Assembly (NCBI GenBank): GCA_963820825.1
Contig: CAWGBN010000006.1
Location: forward strand, 512,001 to 576,000
From: Vulcanimicrobiota bacterium
Lineage (GTDB): Bacteria > Vulcanimicrobiota > Vulcanimicrobiia > Vulcanimicrobiales > Vulcanimicrobiaceae
Direction of reading: 5' to 3'
Length of the DNA: 64,000 nucleotides
How positions within the stretch are numbered: the first letter of the stretch is position 1; each line of letters starts with the position of its first letter. Below, in pieces: positions 37,805 through 48,084 of this stretch. The notes under the pieces were generated by a model, which made no database searches, had not been told where the DNA came from, and worked only from the letters and a program-made list of their open reading frames with translations. The position numbers and the translations under genes were made by a program.

Positions 37805-39450
37805 GCGAGCACGCTCTCGGCAGCCGTTGACGCACGCTCGACGATCGTGCGTAGCTCGCTTCCGCGTGCAAGCGTCCCGAGCGCGCGAGCGCCGTTGCCC
37901 TCGATCCGGCTCGTCAGGAAAGCGTCGGCGACTGCGGCGGGCGCGTATTGTACGAGGAGTGCGGCCTGCCATAGCAGCGCCATGCGCTCGCTCAAGTTGC
38001 GGGCCTGTGCCTCATCGGGTTCGCAGGCAAGGTCGGTCTGCAGGCGTTGCAGCGCGCGCGTCACACGGGGCTCGCTCGCCGCAAGGGCGATCTCGCCGAG
38101 GCACGCACGCAGCGAGTCGGGCTGTTTGTGAAGGATCCGCAAGACGTCCAATGCATTGATGTTACCCGATCCTTCCCAAATCGAGTTCAAGGGTGCCTCG
38201 CGGTAGAGGCGCGGCAGGATCGACTCCTCGACGTACCCGTTTCCGCCGAGGCATTCGAGCGCCTCGGCGACGACCGCCGGCGCGCGCTTGCAGACGTAAT
38301 ACTTGGCCAGCGCCGTTCCGATGCGTTTGAGGGCGTTCGCGTCGCGGTCGATTGCCGATTCGTCGATCGCGCGCGCGACGCGCATGCAGAGAACGACTGC
38401 GGCTTCCGACTCCAATGCGAGATCGGCGAGCACGTTGCGCATGAGCGGGTGATCGGCGAGCGTTCTACCGAACGTCCGGCGATAGATCGCGTGGTGGACC
38501 GCCTGGACGAGTCCGGCGCGCACGAGCGCGGCCGAGCCGAGCGCGCAGTCCATGCGCGTATAGTTGACCATCTCGACGATCCGCGCGATGCCCTCGCCTT
38601 CGTCGCCGATGAGCCAACCGTGCGTTTCGTCGAACTCTACCTCGGCCGACGCGTTGCTGCGATTACCGAGCTTGTTCTTCAGCCGAGCGATGGCGAACGG
38701 ATTGCGCGTACCGTCGGCGAGCACGCGCGGCACCAAGAAGCACGAGAGACCACCGGCGCTCTGCGCGAGCACCAGAAACGCGTCGTTCATCGGTGCGCTG
38801 CAGAACCACTTGTGTCCGGTCAGCAGATACTCGTTTCCGGGACCGGGCTGCCCGGCTGCGACGGCGTGCGTGCGATTGGCGCGAAGGTCCGAGCCGCCTT
38901 GCTTCTCGGTCATGCCCATTCCGCAGAGCGCGGCGGACTTTTCGTCGATCGGAATCGGCCGCGCGTCGTACTCGCGCGCGGTAAGCGCGCGACCCCAGCG
39001 CGCGGCGATCTCCGGCTGCGCGCGCACGACCGGCACGCAGGCATAGGTCATCGAGATCGGGCACCCGTGTCCCGATTCGACCTGTCCCCAAACGTAAAAC
39101 TTTGCGGCGCGCCGGACGTGCGGCGACGGCAAGCGATCCTCCCATGGCGCGCCGGCGAGGCCCGCGCGAGCGGCGTACTCCATCAGACGGTGCCACGAGG
39201 GATGAAAGCGCACTTCATCGATGCGACTTCCGAAGCGGTCGTGCGTGTGCAGCTCCGGCGGATGTTCGTTTGCGTCGAATCCCAGCGCAATCGTTTCGGC
39301 GCTCCCGGCAAGCGCTCCGAGCGCTATCAGTTCCTCGCATGGCGCGGCGGTTGCTTCGCGCGCTACCGCCTCGCCGAGCGCGCGGTCGGAGGTGAAGAGG
39401 TTGTAATTCTCGAGCGCCGGCGGCTGATTCTCCACCGTATGGGTGGCCAT
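37801..39450 (-). CDS. aidB: AidB-like acyl-CoA dehydrogenase
   Basis: THTVENQP, GHGCPISMT, GMTEKQGGSD and NSIWEGSGN. Confidence 0.9.
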   Translation of the reverse strand: MATHTVENQPPALENYNLFTSDRALGEAVAREATAAPCEELIALGALAGSAETIALGFDANEHPPELHTHDRFGSRIDEVRFHPSWHRLMEYAARAGLAGAPWEDRLPSPHVRRAAKFYVWGQVESGHGCPISMTYACVPVVRAQPEIAARWGRALTAREYDARPIPIDEKSAALCGMGMTEKQGGSDLRANRTHAVAAGQPGPGNEYLLTGHKWFCSAPMNDAFLVLAQSAGGLSCFLVPRVLADGTRNPFAIARLKNKLGNRSNASAEVEFDETHGWLIGDEGEGIARIVEMVNYTRMDCALGSAALVRAGLVQAVHHAIYRRTFGRTLADHPLMRNVLADLALESEAAVVLCMRVARAIDESAIDRDANALKRIGTALAKYYVCKRAPAVVAEALECLGGNGYVEESILPRLYREAPLNSIWEGSGNINALDVLRILHKQPDSLRACLGEIALAASEPRVTRALQRLQTDLACEPDEAQARNLSERMALLWQAALLVQYAPAAVADAFLTSRIEGNGARALGTLARGSELRTIVERASTAAESVLA

Positions 39451-39465
39451 CTCCGGGCCTTCGCG

Positions 39466-40809
39466 CTAGAGCGCTCCGGCTGCTGCCTTTGCAAGTGACT
39501 GGCTGCGCTCGTCGCGCTGCGATTTCAGCGTGGCCGCGAGGATCAGCGCGATGAAGGCGAAGCCGCAGAACGCAAGGTAGGCGTTGCGGTACCCGACGAT
39601 TTCGCTCGATGCGGCGCCAAAGAGCCCGCCGGCGAGCGAACTGCCGATGATTTGACCGACGATCAAGGCCTGGCTCAACAGGCCAACCGCGGTCGCGCGC
39701 CCGCTCTCGGGGCGTCTCATTCGTAACGATGTAGCGCGTGGGGGCACCGAGCAGCGCACCGAATCCAGCGCCGGCAACGACCATCGCCAGCAAGACGGAG
39801 CGGCAGCGACGCGAACGCGAGCGCAAAGATCGCTAAGCCCAGCTCGGTGAGGACCGCGCCGACGAGCAGTACGTCGCGGCTGCCGACGCGGTCGAGCGCG
39901 CGCCCCGACACGGGAATCACCGCAACGAACGTGAAGGCGCCGAGCGCCGCGATGAAGCCGGCGGCAGCAGTATGAAAGACCCTGCGCGCCGACGAGCACG
40001 GTAGGAATGAAGAAGAGCGAGCCTTCCAAGACGCCGATCACGATCTCGAGCGCGTACGTCTTTATCAGCTGCGGCGTGTGCAGCAGCTCGAGTGGAACGA
40101 TCGGATGGGCCGCCATGCTCTCCCAAATCGCGAACGTCGCGAGAATAACGACGCCCATCACGCCGATCAGCGGACGCGATGCAATCAATCCGTCCATCAG
40201 CCCGAGCAGACCCATGCAGAGCAGCGCGAGGCCGAGAAGGTCGAGCGGGCCGCGGCGTCTCGGCGCCTCGGCCGGAACGTCGGAGATTGCGAGTGCAAAG
40301 ACGACGGCCGCGAGCGGTACGTTTGCGGCGAAGATCCAGCGCCACGAGATGAAGTGCGTGACCAGACCGCCGATGCTCGGGCCGATGACCGCGGCGAGCC
40401 CCCACGTTGCCGCGACGATGCCCAACGCCGCGCCGCGGCGGCCGGCCGGCACCACGTCGCCGATCGTCGCGGTCGCGACCGGAAATATTCCGCCCGCGCC
40501 GAGCGCTTGAATCGCGCGAGCACCAAGAAAGACGGCGTAGCTCGGAGCGGTTATGGCAACGATGCTTCCCGCCGCGAAGAGCGCGAGGCAGGCCAAGTAG
40601 ACGGGCCTGCGGCCATACCGGTCGGCAAGCGTGCTCGCCAGCGCGATCGAAAGCACCGTGACCAGCAGGTAGAGCGTGAATACCCAAGCCAAGTCGGCCG
40701 TCTGCACGCCGAACTCGTGGCCGAGCGCGGGGAGCGCCGGGGAGAGAACGCTAAGGTCGAGGGCCCCGGCGAAGACGCCGAGCGAGAGCGTCCAGAGCAG
40801 ACGGCTCAT
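39466..40809 (-). CDS. MFS transporter (DHA2-like) with three +1 insertions
   Basis: MSRLLWTLSLGVFAGALD and LADRYGRR. MFS-like sequence is recovered across frame changes near 39970, 39797 and 39710. Confidence 0.85.
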   Translation of the reverse strand: MSRLLWTLSLGVFAGALDLSVLSPALPALGHEFGVQTADLAWVFTLYLLVTVLSIALASTLADRYGRRPVYLACLALFAAGSIVAITAPSYAVFLGARAIQALGAGGIFPVATATIGDVVPAGRRGAALGIVAATWGLAAVIGPSIGGLVTHFISWRWIFAANVPLAAVVFALAISDVPAEAPRRRGPLDLLGLALLCMGLLGLMDGLIASRPLIGVMGVVILATFAIWESMAAHPIVPLELLHTPQLIKTYALEIVIGVLEGSLFFIPTVLVGAQGLSYCCRRLHRGARRLHVRCGDSRVGARARPRRQPRRTARRRGPHRAGLSDLCARVRVAAAPSCWRWSLPALDSVRCSVPPRATSLRMRRPESGRATAVGLLSQALIVGQIIGSSLAGGLFGAASSEIVGYRNAYLAFCGFAFIALILAATLKSQRDERSQSLAKAAAGAL

Positions 40810-41681
40810 CACGATACGATGCGATCGATCACCATCACCGCGCACATGAGCGCGAGATAGAGCAGCGAGTAGCGAAAGAGCTTGCGCGCCTGCAGGGTGC
40901 TTGCCTGTTCGCGCCACGTGCGAATCGCATCGAGCAGAAAGACTCCGCCGAGTACTGCCGCGGCTGCAAAGTAGAACGCACCCATGACGTGCAGGGGGTA
41001 GAGCGCCAGCGAGGCGGCAACGAGCAGGATGCTGTAGTAAACGATCTCGCGCTTCGTGCGCTCGCGGCCGCAGACGTTTGGCAACATCGGAATCTTGGCC
41101 TTCGCGTACTCCGTCTCGGTCATCAGCGAGAGCGACCAGAAGTGCGGCGGCGTCCAGAGAAAGATCAATGCGAAGAGCCCGAGCGCCGGCGTGCCGACGG
41201 TATGCGTCACCGCGGCCCAGCCGACGAGCGGCGGCACCGAACCGGCGGCGCCGCCGACGACGATGTTGAGCGGCGTGATCCGCTTGAGCCACATCGTGTA
41301 GATCACGACGTAGTAGAGATTGCCGGCGAGCGATAGCCATGCCGCGAGCGGATTGACCAGCGTGAAGAAGAGTGCGAACGAGAGCGCGCCGGTAATGAGC
41401 CCATAGACCGCACCGCTCGTTGCCGAGATGCGGCCCTGCGGAATCGGCCGCGCCTGCGTGCGCTGCATGATGCGATCGATGTCGGCGTCCCATACGCAGT
41501 TGAAGGCACCGGCCGAGGCGGCCGCGAGCGCACCTGCAAGCAGCGTCCAACCGAGCAGCGGCAGCGAGGGAAGGCCGCGAGCGGCCATCACCATCGAGGC
41601 GGCGGTCGTGATCAAAAGCAGCACGATGATTCGCGGCTTCGAGAGCTCGTAATAGTCGCGTAATCCGGCGAGCGCCGTCAT
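40809..41681 (-). CDS. ctaB: Protohaem IX farnesyltransferase (haem O synthase)
   Basis: LSKPRI, DADIDRIMQRTQARP and WTPPHFW. Confidence 0.95.
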   Translation of the reverse strand: MTALAGLRDYYELSKPRIIVLLLITTAASMVMAARGLPSLPLLGWTLLAGALAAASAGAFNCVWDADIDRIMQRTQARPIPQGRISATSGAVYGLITGALSFALFFTLVNPLAAWLSLAGNLYYVVIYTMWLKRITPLNIVVGGAAGSVPPLVGWAAVTHTVGTPALGLFALIFLWTPPHFWSLSLMTETEYAKAKIPMLPNVCGRERTKREIVYYSILLVAASLALYPLHVMGAFYFAAAAVLGGVFLLDAIRTWREQASTLQARKLFRYSLLYLALMCAVMVIDRIVS

Positions 41682-42604
41682 CGCGTGCCCCCTTCGGAGA
41701 GTGCGCCGGTGCGGCGCGGGGCAGCGTCGAGAACGGCGAAGACCGCGGCGACGAAAAAGGCCAAGAAGACCAGCGCGGCATTGACCGCATGCGCCTCGCG
41801 CAGGTCGGTCGGCAGTCGCAGCGCGACGTTGAGCAGCCCGAGCAGTACCTGCATCGCGACCAGCACGCTTCCGAGCGCAACGGCGACGCGCACGCGAACC
41901 GGAGCCGCGTAAGCCCAGGCGAGCGCCAGCGTCGCCGCAGCGCAGAGCAGCGTCGCTCCCGCCGCGAAACGGTGCAGCATCTGCACGAACTGACCGTGCG
42001 TGTAGACGACGACGTTACCGGCGCATCCCGGAATCGAAAGACAGGCGAGCCCCGCACCGCTCGAGCTGACGTATGCACCGATGCACATCGTGACGAACGC
42101 CACGCCGGCCGTGATGGCGAGCAACGACGTCATGAGCGGCGAGATCTCTGCCGTGCGCCTTGACGCATTCGCACTCGCGCCGGAGGCCGCAGCGAAGACG
42201 GCCATCGCGGAGAGCATCGCGATGAGCGCCATCGCGGTTGCCCAATGCGCCACGACCGAGAACGGGGTATTGGCGAGCCGCACGGTTTCGGCGCCGAGAA
42301 AGACCTGCAACAAAAAGACGATCGCGATCGCGGCCATCGTCGGAGCGATGAACGGCGAACGGCGTCGCTGTCGCCACGCGACGGCGATCAGCGCAAGCAC
42401 CAACGGCGCGACCGAAAACGCAAGCAGCCGGTGCGACCATTCCCAGAGCGTCCCATCCCCGAGCGGCGGGAGAAGGCGACCGTGGCAGAGCGGCCAGTCC
42501 GGGCAGGTGAGCCCTGCCCCGTTGATGCGCGTCCAGCTTCCGAGCATCAGCGTCAAGAGGGCGGCGACGTCGGCGGCGAGCGCGAGGCGCAGCAAATGCT
42601 TCAT
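41678..42604 (-). CDS. ctaA: Haem A synthase (COX15/CtaA)
   Basis: GLTCPDWPLCHG, EWSHR and QMLHR. Confidence 0.9.
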   Translation of the reverse strand: MKHLLRLALAADVAALLTLMLGSWTRINGAGLTCPDWPLCHGRLLPPLGDGTLWEWSHRLLAFSVAPLVLALIAVAWRQRRRSPFIAPTMAAIAIVFLLQVFLGAETVRLANTPFSVVAHWATAMALIAMLSAMAVFAAASGASANASRRTAEISPLMTSLLAITAGVAFVTMCIGAYVSSSGAGLACLSIPGCAGNVVVYTHGQFVQMLHRFAAGATLLCAAATLALAWAYAAPVRVRVAVALGSVLVAMQVLLGLLNVALRLPTDLREAHAVNAALVFLAFFVAAVFAVLDAAPRRTGALSEGGTR

Positions 42605-42712
42605 GCCGTCCTCAGCGTACGTCGCTCGCGCCCCATGGGCAACTACATTTGGGAGGTAAGAATTTTGACGCCCTGGGGAGGCCGCCGGTTGGTGCGGGCG
42701 AAGCGGACCGCC

Positions 42713-43156
42713 GTGAAGCGCTGGTCGGCCCTGGCAGGTTTAACCCTGGGGCTCGTCTTGCTAGTCGGATGTCGCGAAGTTCGCGTGAATACGCTCGCAG
42801 CTGGTACAACCACCGTTCTCGGAGGGGACCAAATCCTTATAGTACGCGATGCCGCCACCCTGAGCAAGCTGGGGATTCGTGCGCCGGTGCACTACAAAAG
42901 CGAGTTCGGCGTCGTATTGCTCATGGGACCGCACGAGCGCACGGGCTACAAGCAGATCGTGGAGTCGATTCGCGCCAGCGCAGAGCGCGTACGCGTCGTC
43001 GCCTTCGAACAAGCTCCCGCCGACGGCGGCGAGCCGTCGCCGCAGTATCGAAGCTACACGCTTTGGATCGTGCCAAACAACGTTTACCGGCGCGGCGTTC
43101 GCGTCGAAGTCGTTACGCCGAGCGACGAACCGATCGCCTCGACGACTCTGCCGTAG
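42713..43156 (+). CDS. Lipoprotein, possibly PrcB-like
   Basis: Lipobox LLVGC after KRWSALAGL; GPHERTGY. Confidence 0.7.
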   Translation: MKRWSALAGLTLGLVLLVGCREVRVNTLAAGTTTVLGGDQILIVRDAATLSKLGIRAPVHYKSEFGVVLLMGPHERTGYKQIVESIRASAERVRVVAFEQAPADGGEPSPQYRSYTLWIVPNNVYRRGVRVEVVTPSDEPIASTTLP

Positions 43157-43158
43157 CG

Positions 43159-44259
43159 ATGATCTCCGAACGTAAGCAGCCTTTCGCCGCCGAGCCGATC
43201 GAGGCGCTCGACGTCGCCGTCGAGCGCTTGAATTTTCTGCTCGAGCCGAACGGGGATCCGGCGGAGGCCGGCGGCATCTTGAATCCCGCCGCGACGCGCG
43301 ATTCGAAACAACGACTGGTACTCTATCCGCGCTGCGTTGCGGAAGGAAACATCTCGCGAATCGGAACGATTCGCTCGCGCGAGACGAAGGGCGGCGTCGC
43401 GCTGGAACGGCTCGGCTTCGCATTGGTGCCGGAAGCACCGTACGAGCTGCGTTCGCATCCCGGATACGGCTGCGAAGATCCGCGCGTGACCTACGTTCCG
43501 GCGCTCAAAGCGTACGTCATGGCCTACACGGCTTTCGGCCCCGACGGCCCGCGCATCGCACTGGCGATCTCCGAGGACGCCTATCGCTGGGAGCGGCTCG
43601 GTCTAGTTCGATTCGCCGGCAGCGCGAACGTCACCGGCGACGACAAAGACGCGGCATTCTTTCCCGAACCGGTGATCTCACCGAAAGGGAGGCGCTCTCT
43701 CGCCTTCTACCATCGCCCGATGTTGCATCTCTCGAGCGTCGACGGACGCGCCGCGATTCCGATGATCGAGCGCATGCCCTTCGAGGATCGCGAATCGATC
43801 CGCATCGCCTACGTTCCACTCAATCCGGCGTTGAAAGATCGCGCCAATCTCTGCAACGTCTCCGAGAGCGTCCAAGTGCTCTGCCCCGACGCGCAGTGGG
43901 GCTCGATCAAAATCGGCGCGGGAACGCCGCCGGTCCGCGTCGCGCTCGACGGCGTCGAGGGATGGCTATCGGTCTTTCACGGCGTCGATGCGATCAAAGG
44001 GAAACGCGGCCGCCCCGCGCTGCGCTACAGCGCCGGCATCGTCATTCACGATCTCGAGCGACCCGACCGGATTCTCTATCGTTCGCCCGAGCCGGTCATG
44101 ACGCCGCAGTCGCGCCACGAACTCCGCGGCGTCGTCGATAACGTCGTCTTCCCTAGCGGGATCGATCCGCGCCCCGATCTGGGAGAACGAACCTACGACG
44201 TCTATTACGGCATGGGCGATTATGCGATCGGCGCGGCCCGAATGCGGATTGATGCGTAG
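43159..44259 (+). CDS. GH130-like glycoside hydrolase/phosphorylase
   Basis: LNPAA, GCEDPRVT, DKDAAFFPE, NVVFPSG and YYGMGD. Confidence 0.85.
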   Translation: MISERKQPFAAEPIEALDVAVERLNFLLEPNGDPAEAGGILNPAATRDSKQRLVLYPRCVAEGNISRIGTIRSRETKGGVALERLGFALVPEAPYELRSHPGYGCEDPRVTYVPALKAYVMAYTAFGPDGPRIALAISEDAYRWERLGLVRFAGSANVTGDDKDAAFFPEPVISPKGRRSLAFYHRPMLHLSSVDGRAAIPMIERMPFEDRESIRIAYVPLNPALKDRANLCNVSESVQVLCPDAQWGSIKIGAGTPPVRVALDGVEGWLSVFHGVDAIKGKRGRPALRYSAGIVIHDLERPDRILYRSPEPVMTPQSRHELRGVVDNVVFPSGIDPRPDLGERTYDVYYGMGDYAIGAARMRIDA

Positions 44260-44264
44260 CCGCC

Positions 44265-44747
44265 ATGGCTCGGTATCTCGCGCTCTCGGCAGCGATCGTC
44301 TTGGGAGTCGCGATCGTCGTCGCCGGTTGGGTGAATCGCGATCTGATCCGGATCAAGATCGCATCGGTCTACGCGCGCGTTCCCGCGAAGCCGGGCGCGG
44401 CGAATCCGAGGGCGCCGCAAACCGCGCACGCCCTCCAGGGTGACGCTCCGTGGGCGCTCTCGGCGCTCCCGGAATGCCTGAGCCAGACCTCCGAATCGAC
44501 CGGCTCGCAAGCCTACGTCCGCACGCATCTCCCGGCCGGCGCGGCGCGCGTCCGGCCGCCTGCGACGCTGGTTTACGGCGATTGCAGCATTCGTATCGCC
44601 GGCGACGAAGCATACGTGCAGCGGGGCGCCGACCGGCTGCGAATCCCGCCTCACGCGGTCTTTTATCGTGCGAACGGCGTCCTTGCGTTGATACGCGAGA
44701 CGCCCGGTGGCGCCGAACTGCGCGTCTACGAGCCGGCGCAACGATGA
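44265..44747 (+). CDS. Hypothetical membrane-anchored protein
   Basis: N-terminal TM helix; position within the operon. Confidence 0.7.
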   Translation: MARYLALSAAIVLGVAIVVAGWVNRDLIRIKIASVYARVPAKPGAANPRAPQTAHALQGDAPWALSALPECLSQTSESTGSQAYVRTHLPAGAARVRPPATLVYGDCSIRIAGDEAYVQRGADRLRIPPHAVFYRANGVLALIRETPGGAELRVYEPAQR

Positions 44748-44762
44748 TGGAGTGGTTTCGAC

Positions 44763-46354
<1,592 letters not shown>

Positions 46355-46358
<4 letters not shown>

Positions 46359-46717
46359 GCGCCCGCAAAGCCGTCGGTCTGCTGATCGTTCTGCTGGCGG
46401 CGGGCTGTTCGTTCCAGAATCGCAACGAGCGCGAAGCCGACCGGATTACCCGCGCGGTCGTCGCCAACGACTTCAAGCCGGTCCAAAACGACGTGGCCAA
46501 GGGCATCGCGATTACCCGCGTGCAACTTGCCGAGTGGTCCGACGAGCTCGACGCGCAGGGCAAGCTCCTTTCGGTGAAGGAGACGACGGCGAACTGCTCG
46601 CCGGGCTGGCACTGCTTCGACGTGAAGTTTCAAAAGCACGAGTACGTTGAACGGATGCGCTTCGACGAGAACGGAAAGGTCGTCAACTGGGAATTTCACA
46701 TGGCACCGAAGCCGTAA
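46355..46717 (+). CDS. Lipoprotein, 120 aa
   Basis: GTGA overlap with prfC; LAAGC lipobox. Confidence 0.75.
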
Positions 46718-47691
46718 CGCCTGCAGATATTCGCGCGGCGGCGGAGCGGCTCGCCGGCGTCGCACATCGGACACCGGTCATTACTTCGCGGACGCTCGAC
46801 GCGCGCTGCAAGGCGCAGGTCTTCGTCAAGTGCGAGAACCTTCAGCGCATGGGCGCCTTTAAATTTCGCGGCGCCTACAACTTCCTCTCCTCGCTGACTC
46901 CGGAGCAGCGCCGGTGCGGAGTCGTCGCCTTCTCGAGCGGCAATCACGCGCAGGGCGTCGCGCTGGCGGCGAGCCTGCTCGGCGTTCCTGCGACGATCGT
47001 GATGCCGTACGATGCACCGGAGGTCAAGCTCGCCGCGACGCGCGAGTACGGCGCGCAGATCGTCTTTTACGAACGCGAGCGTGCGGACCGCGAAGAGATC
47101 GCACGAGCCATCGCCGCGCAGAGCGGCGCCGCGCTCGTTCCGCCGTTCGACGATGCGCGCATCGTCGCCGGCGCCGCAACGGCGGGGTTGGAACTGCTCG
47201 AAGATGCGAATCCGCTCGATGCGGTCGTCGTTCCGGTCGGCGGCGGCGGACTGATGGCCGGAACGGCGATTGCCGCCCATGCCGTCGATCCGGCGATTGC
47301 GATTTACGGTGTCGAGCCGCAGCGCGGCGACGACTTCGCGCAGTCGCTCGCGCGGGGCGAGCGGGTAACGATCCCCGTCCCGGTCACGATCGCCGACGGT
47401 CTGCGGACCACCTCGCCGGGCGAGCTGACCTTCGCGATCGCGCGCGAGCACACGCGCGCCGTCGTGACGGTCTCCGACGACGAGCTGCGCGATGCGATGC
47501 GCTTCGCGTTCGAACGAATGAAGCTGGTCGTCGAGCCGAGCGGTGCGGCGGGACTCGCCGCGCTCGTGCATCGGCGCATCCCCGATGTCGAAGGCAAGCG
47601 CGTCGGCGTCGTGATTAGTGGCGGGAACGTCGACGCCGAACGCTACGCGCGGCTACTTCGCGATGTCGCCACAGGAGACGTACTTGCCTAG
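46714..47691 (+). CDS. PLP-dependent threonine/serine dehydratase family protein; start codon anomalous
   Basis: In-frame AHRTPV, KCENLQRMGAFKFRGA, SSGNHAQG and SGGNVD. Confidence 0.9.
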   Translation, partial: VTPADIRAAAERLAGVAHRTPVITSRTLDARCKAQVFVKCENLQRMGAFKFRGAYNFLSSLTPEQRRCGVVAFSSGNHAQGVALAASLLGVPATIVMPYDAPEVKLAATREYGAQIVFYERERADREEIARAIAAQSGAALVPPFDDARIVAGAATAGLELLEDANPLDAVVVPVGGGGLMAGTAIAAHAVDPAIAIYGVEPQRGDDFAQSLARGERVTIPVPVTIADGLRTTSPGELTFAIAREHTRAVVTVSDDELRDAMRFAFERMKLVVEPSGAAGLAALVHRRIPDVEGKRVGVVISGGNVDAERYARLLRDVATGDVLA

Positions 47692-48060
47692 GTTCTCCGC
47701 GCTTTCGTGGACGTTGATTGCGTACGGACCGGCGAGCAGCTGATCGATCGTAAGGTTCTTGACGGTCGTGGTCGACTTGCCGTCGACGACGTTGGTGAGC
47801 GCATAGGCGACGCCTTTGATGTCCGCGCACGAGCCGTCGTGAATGTGCGCCGGCTGCGGCGTGGTCGCCGGTGCGCCGGTGAGTGCGATCACCACCTCGA
47901 CGTCGCTTCCCATCGGGGTCAGCGTCGCGGTGCCGATCTCGCCCGAGCCGTTCTGCGCGTTCATAGTGACGGTGACGCCAGAGGTTGCGGCCGACGCCGT
48001 CGAGAGTGCGCCGGCAAGCACCAGTGCGAGGGATCCGAAGAACAACGTGAATCTCTTCAT
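47653..48060 (-). CDS. Secreted CHRD-like His-motif protein
   Basis: AAGGAG SD; signal peptide; PAHIHDGSC, INVH and CGDI. Confidence 0.8.
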   Translation of the reverse strand: MKRFTLFFGSLALVLAGALSTASAATSGVTVTMNAQNGSGEIGTATLTPMGSDVEVVIALTGAPATTPQPAHIHDGSCADIKGVAYALTNVVDGKSTTTVKNLTIDQLLAGPYAINVHESAENLGKYVSCGDIAK

Positions 48061-48084
48061 GCAAGCTCCTTTTACGAAGATGGA

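Noticed and set aside
39466..42078. Apparent 870-aa fusion protein
   Set aside because: The N-terminal part is an off-frame read of ctaA/ctaB; the MFS gene starts at ATG 40809.
47653..47691. 39-bp convergent overlap of two genes
   Set aside because: Common in compact GC-rich genomes; no sign of function.
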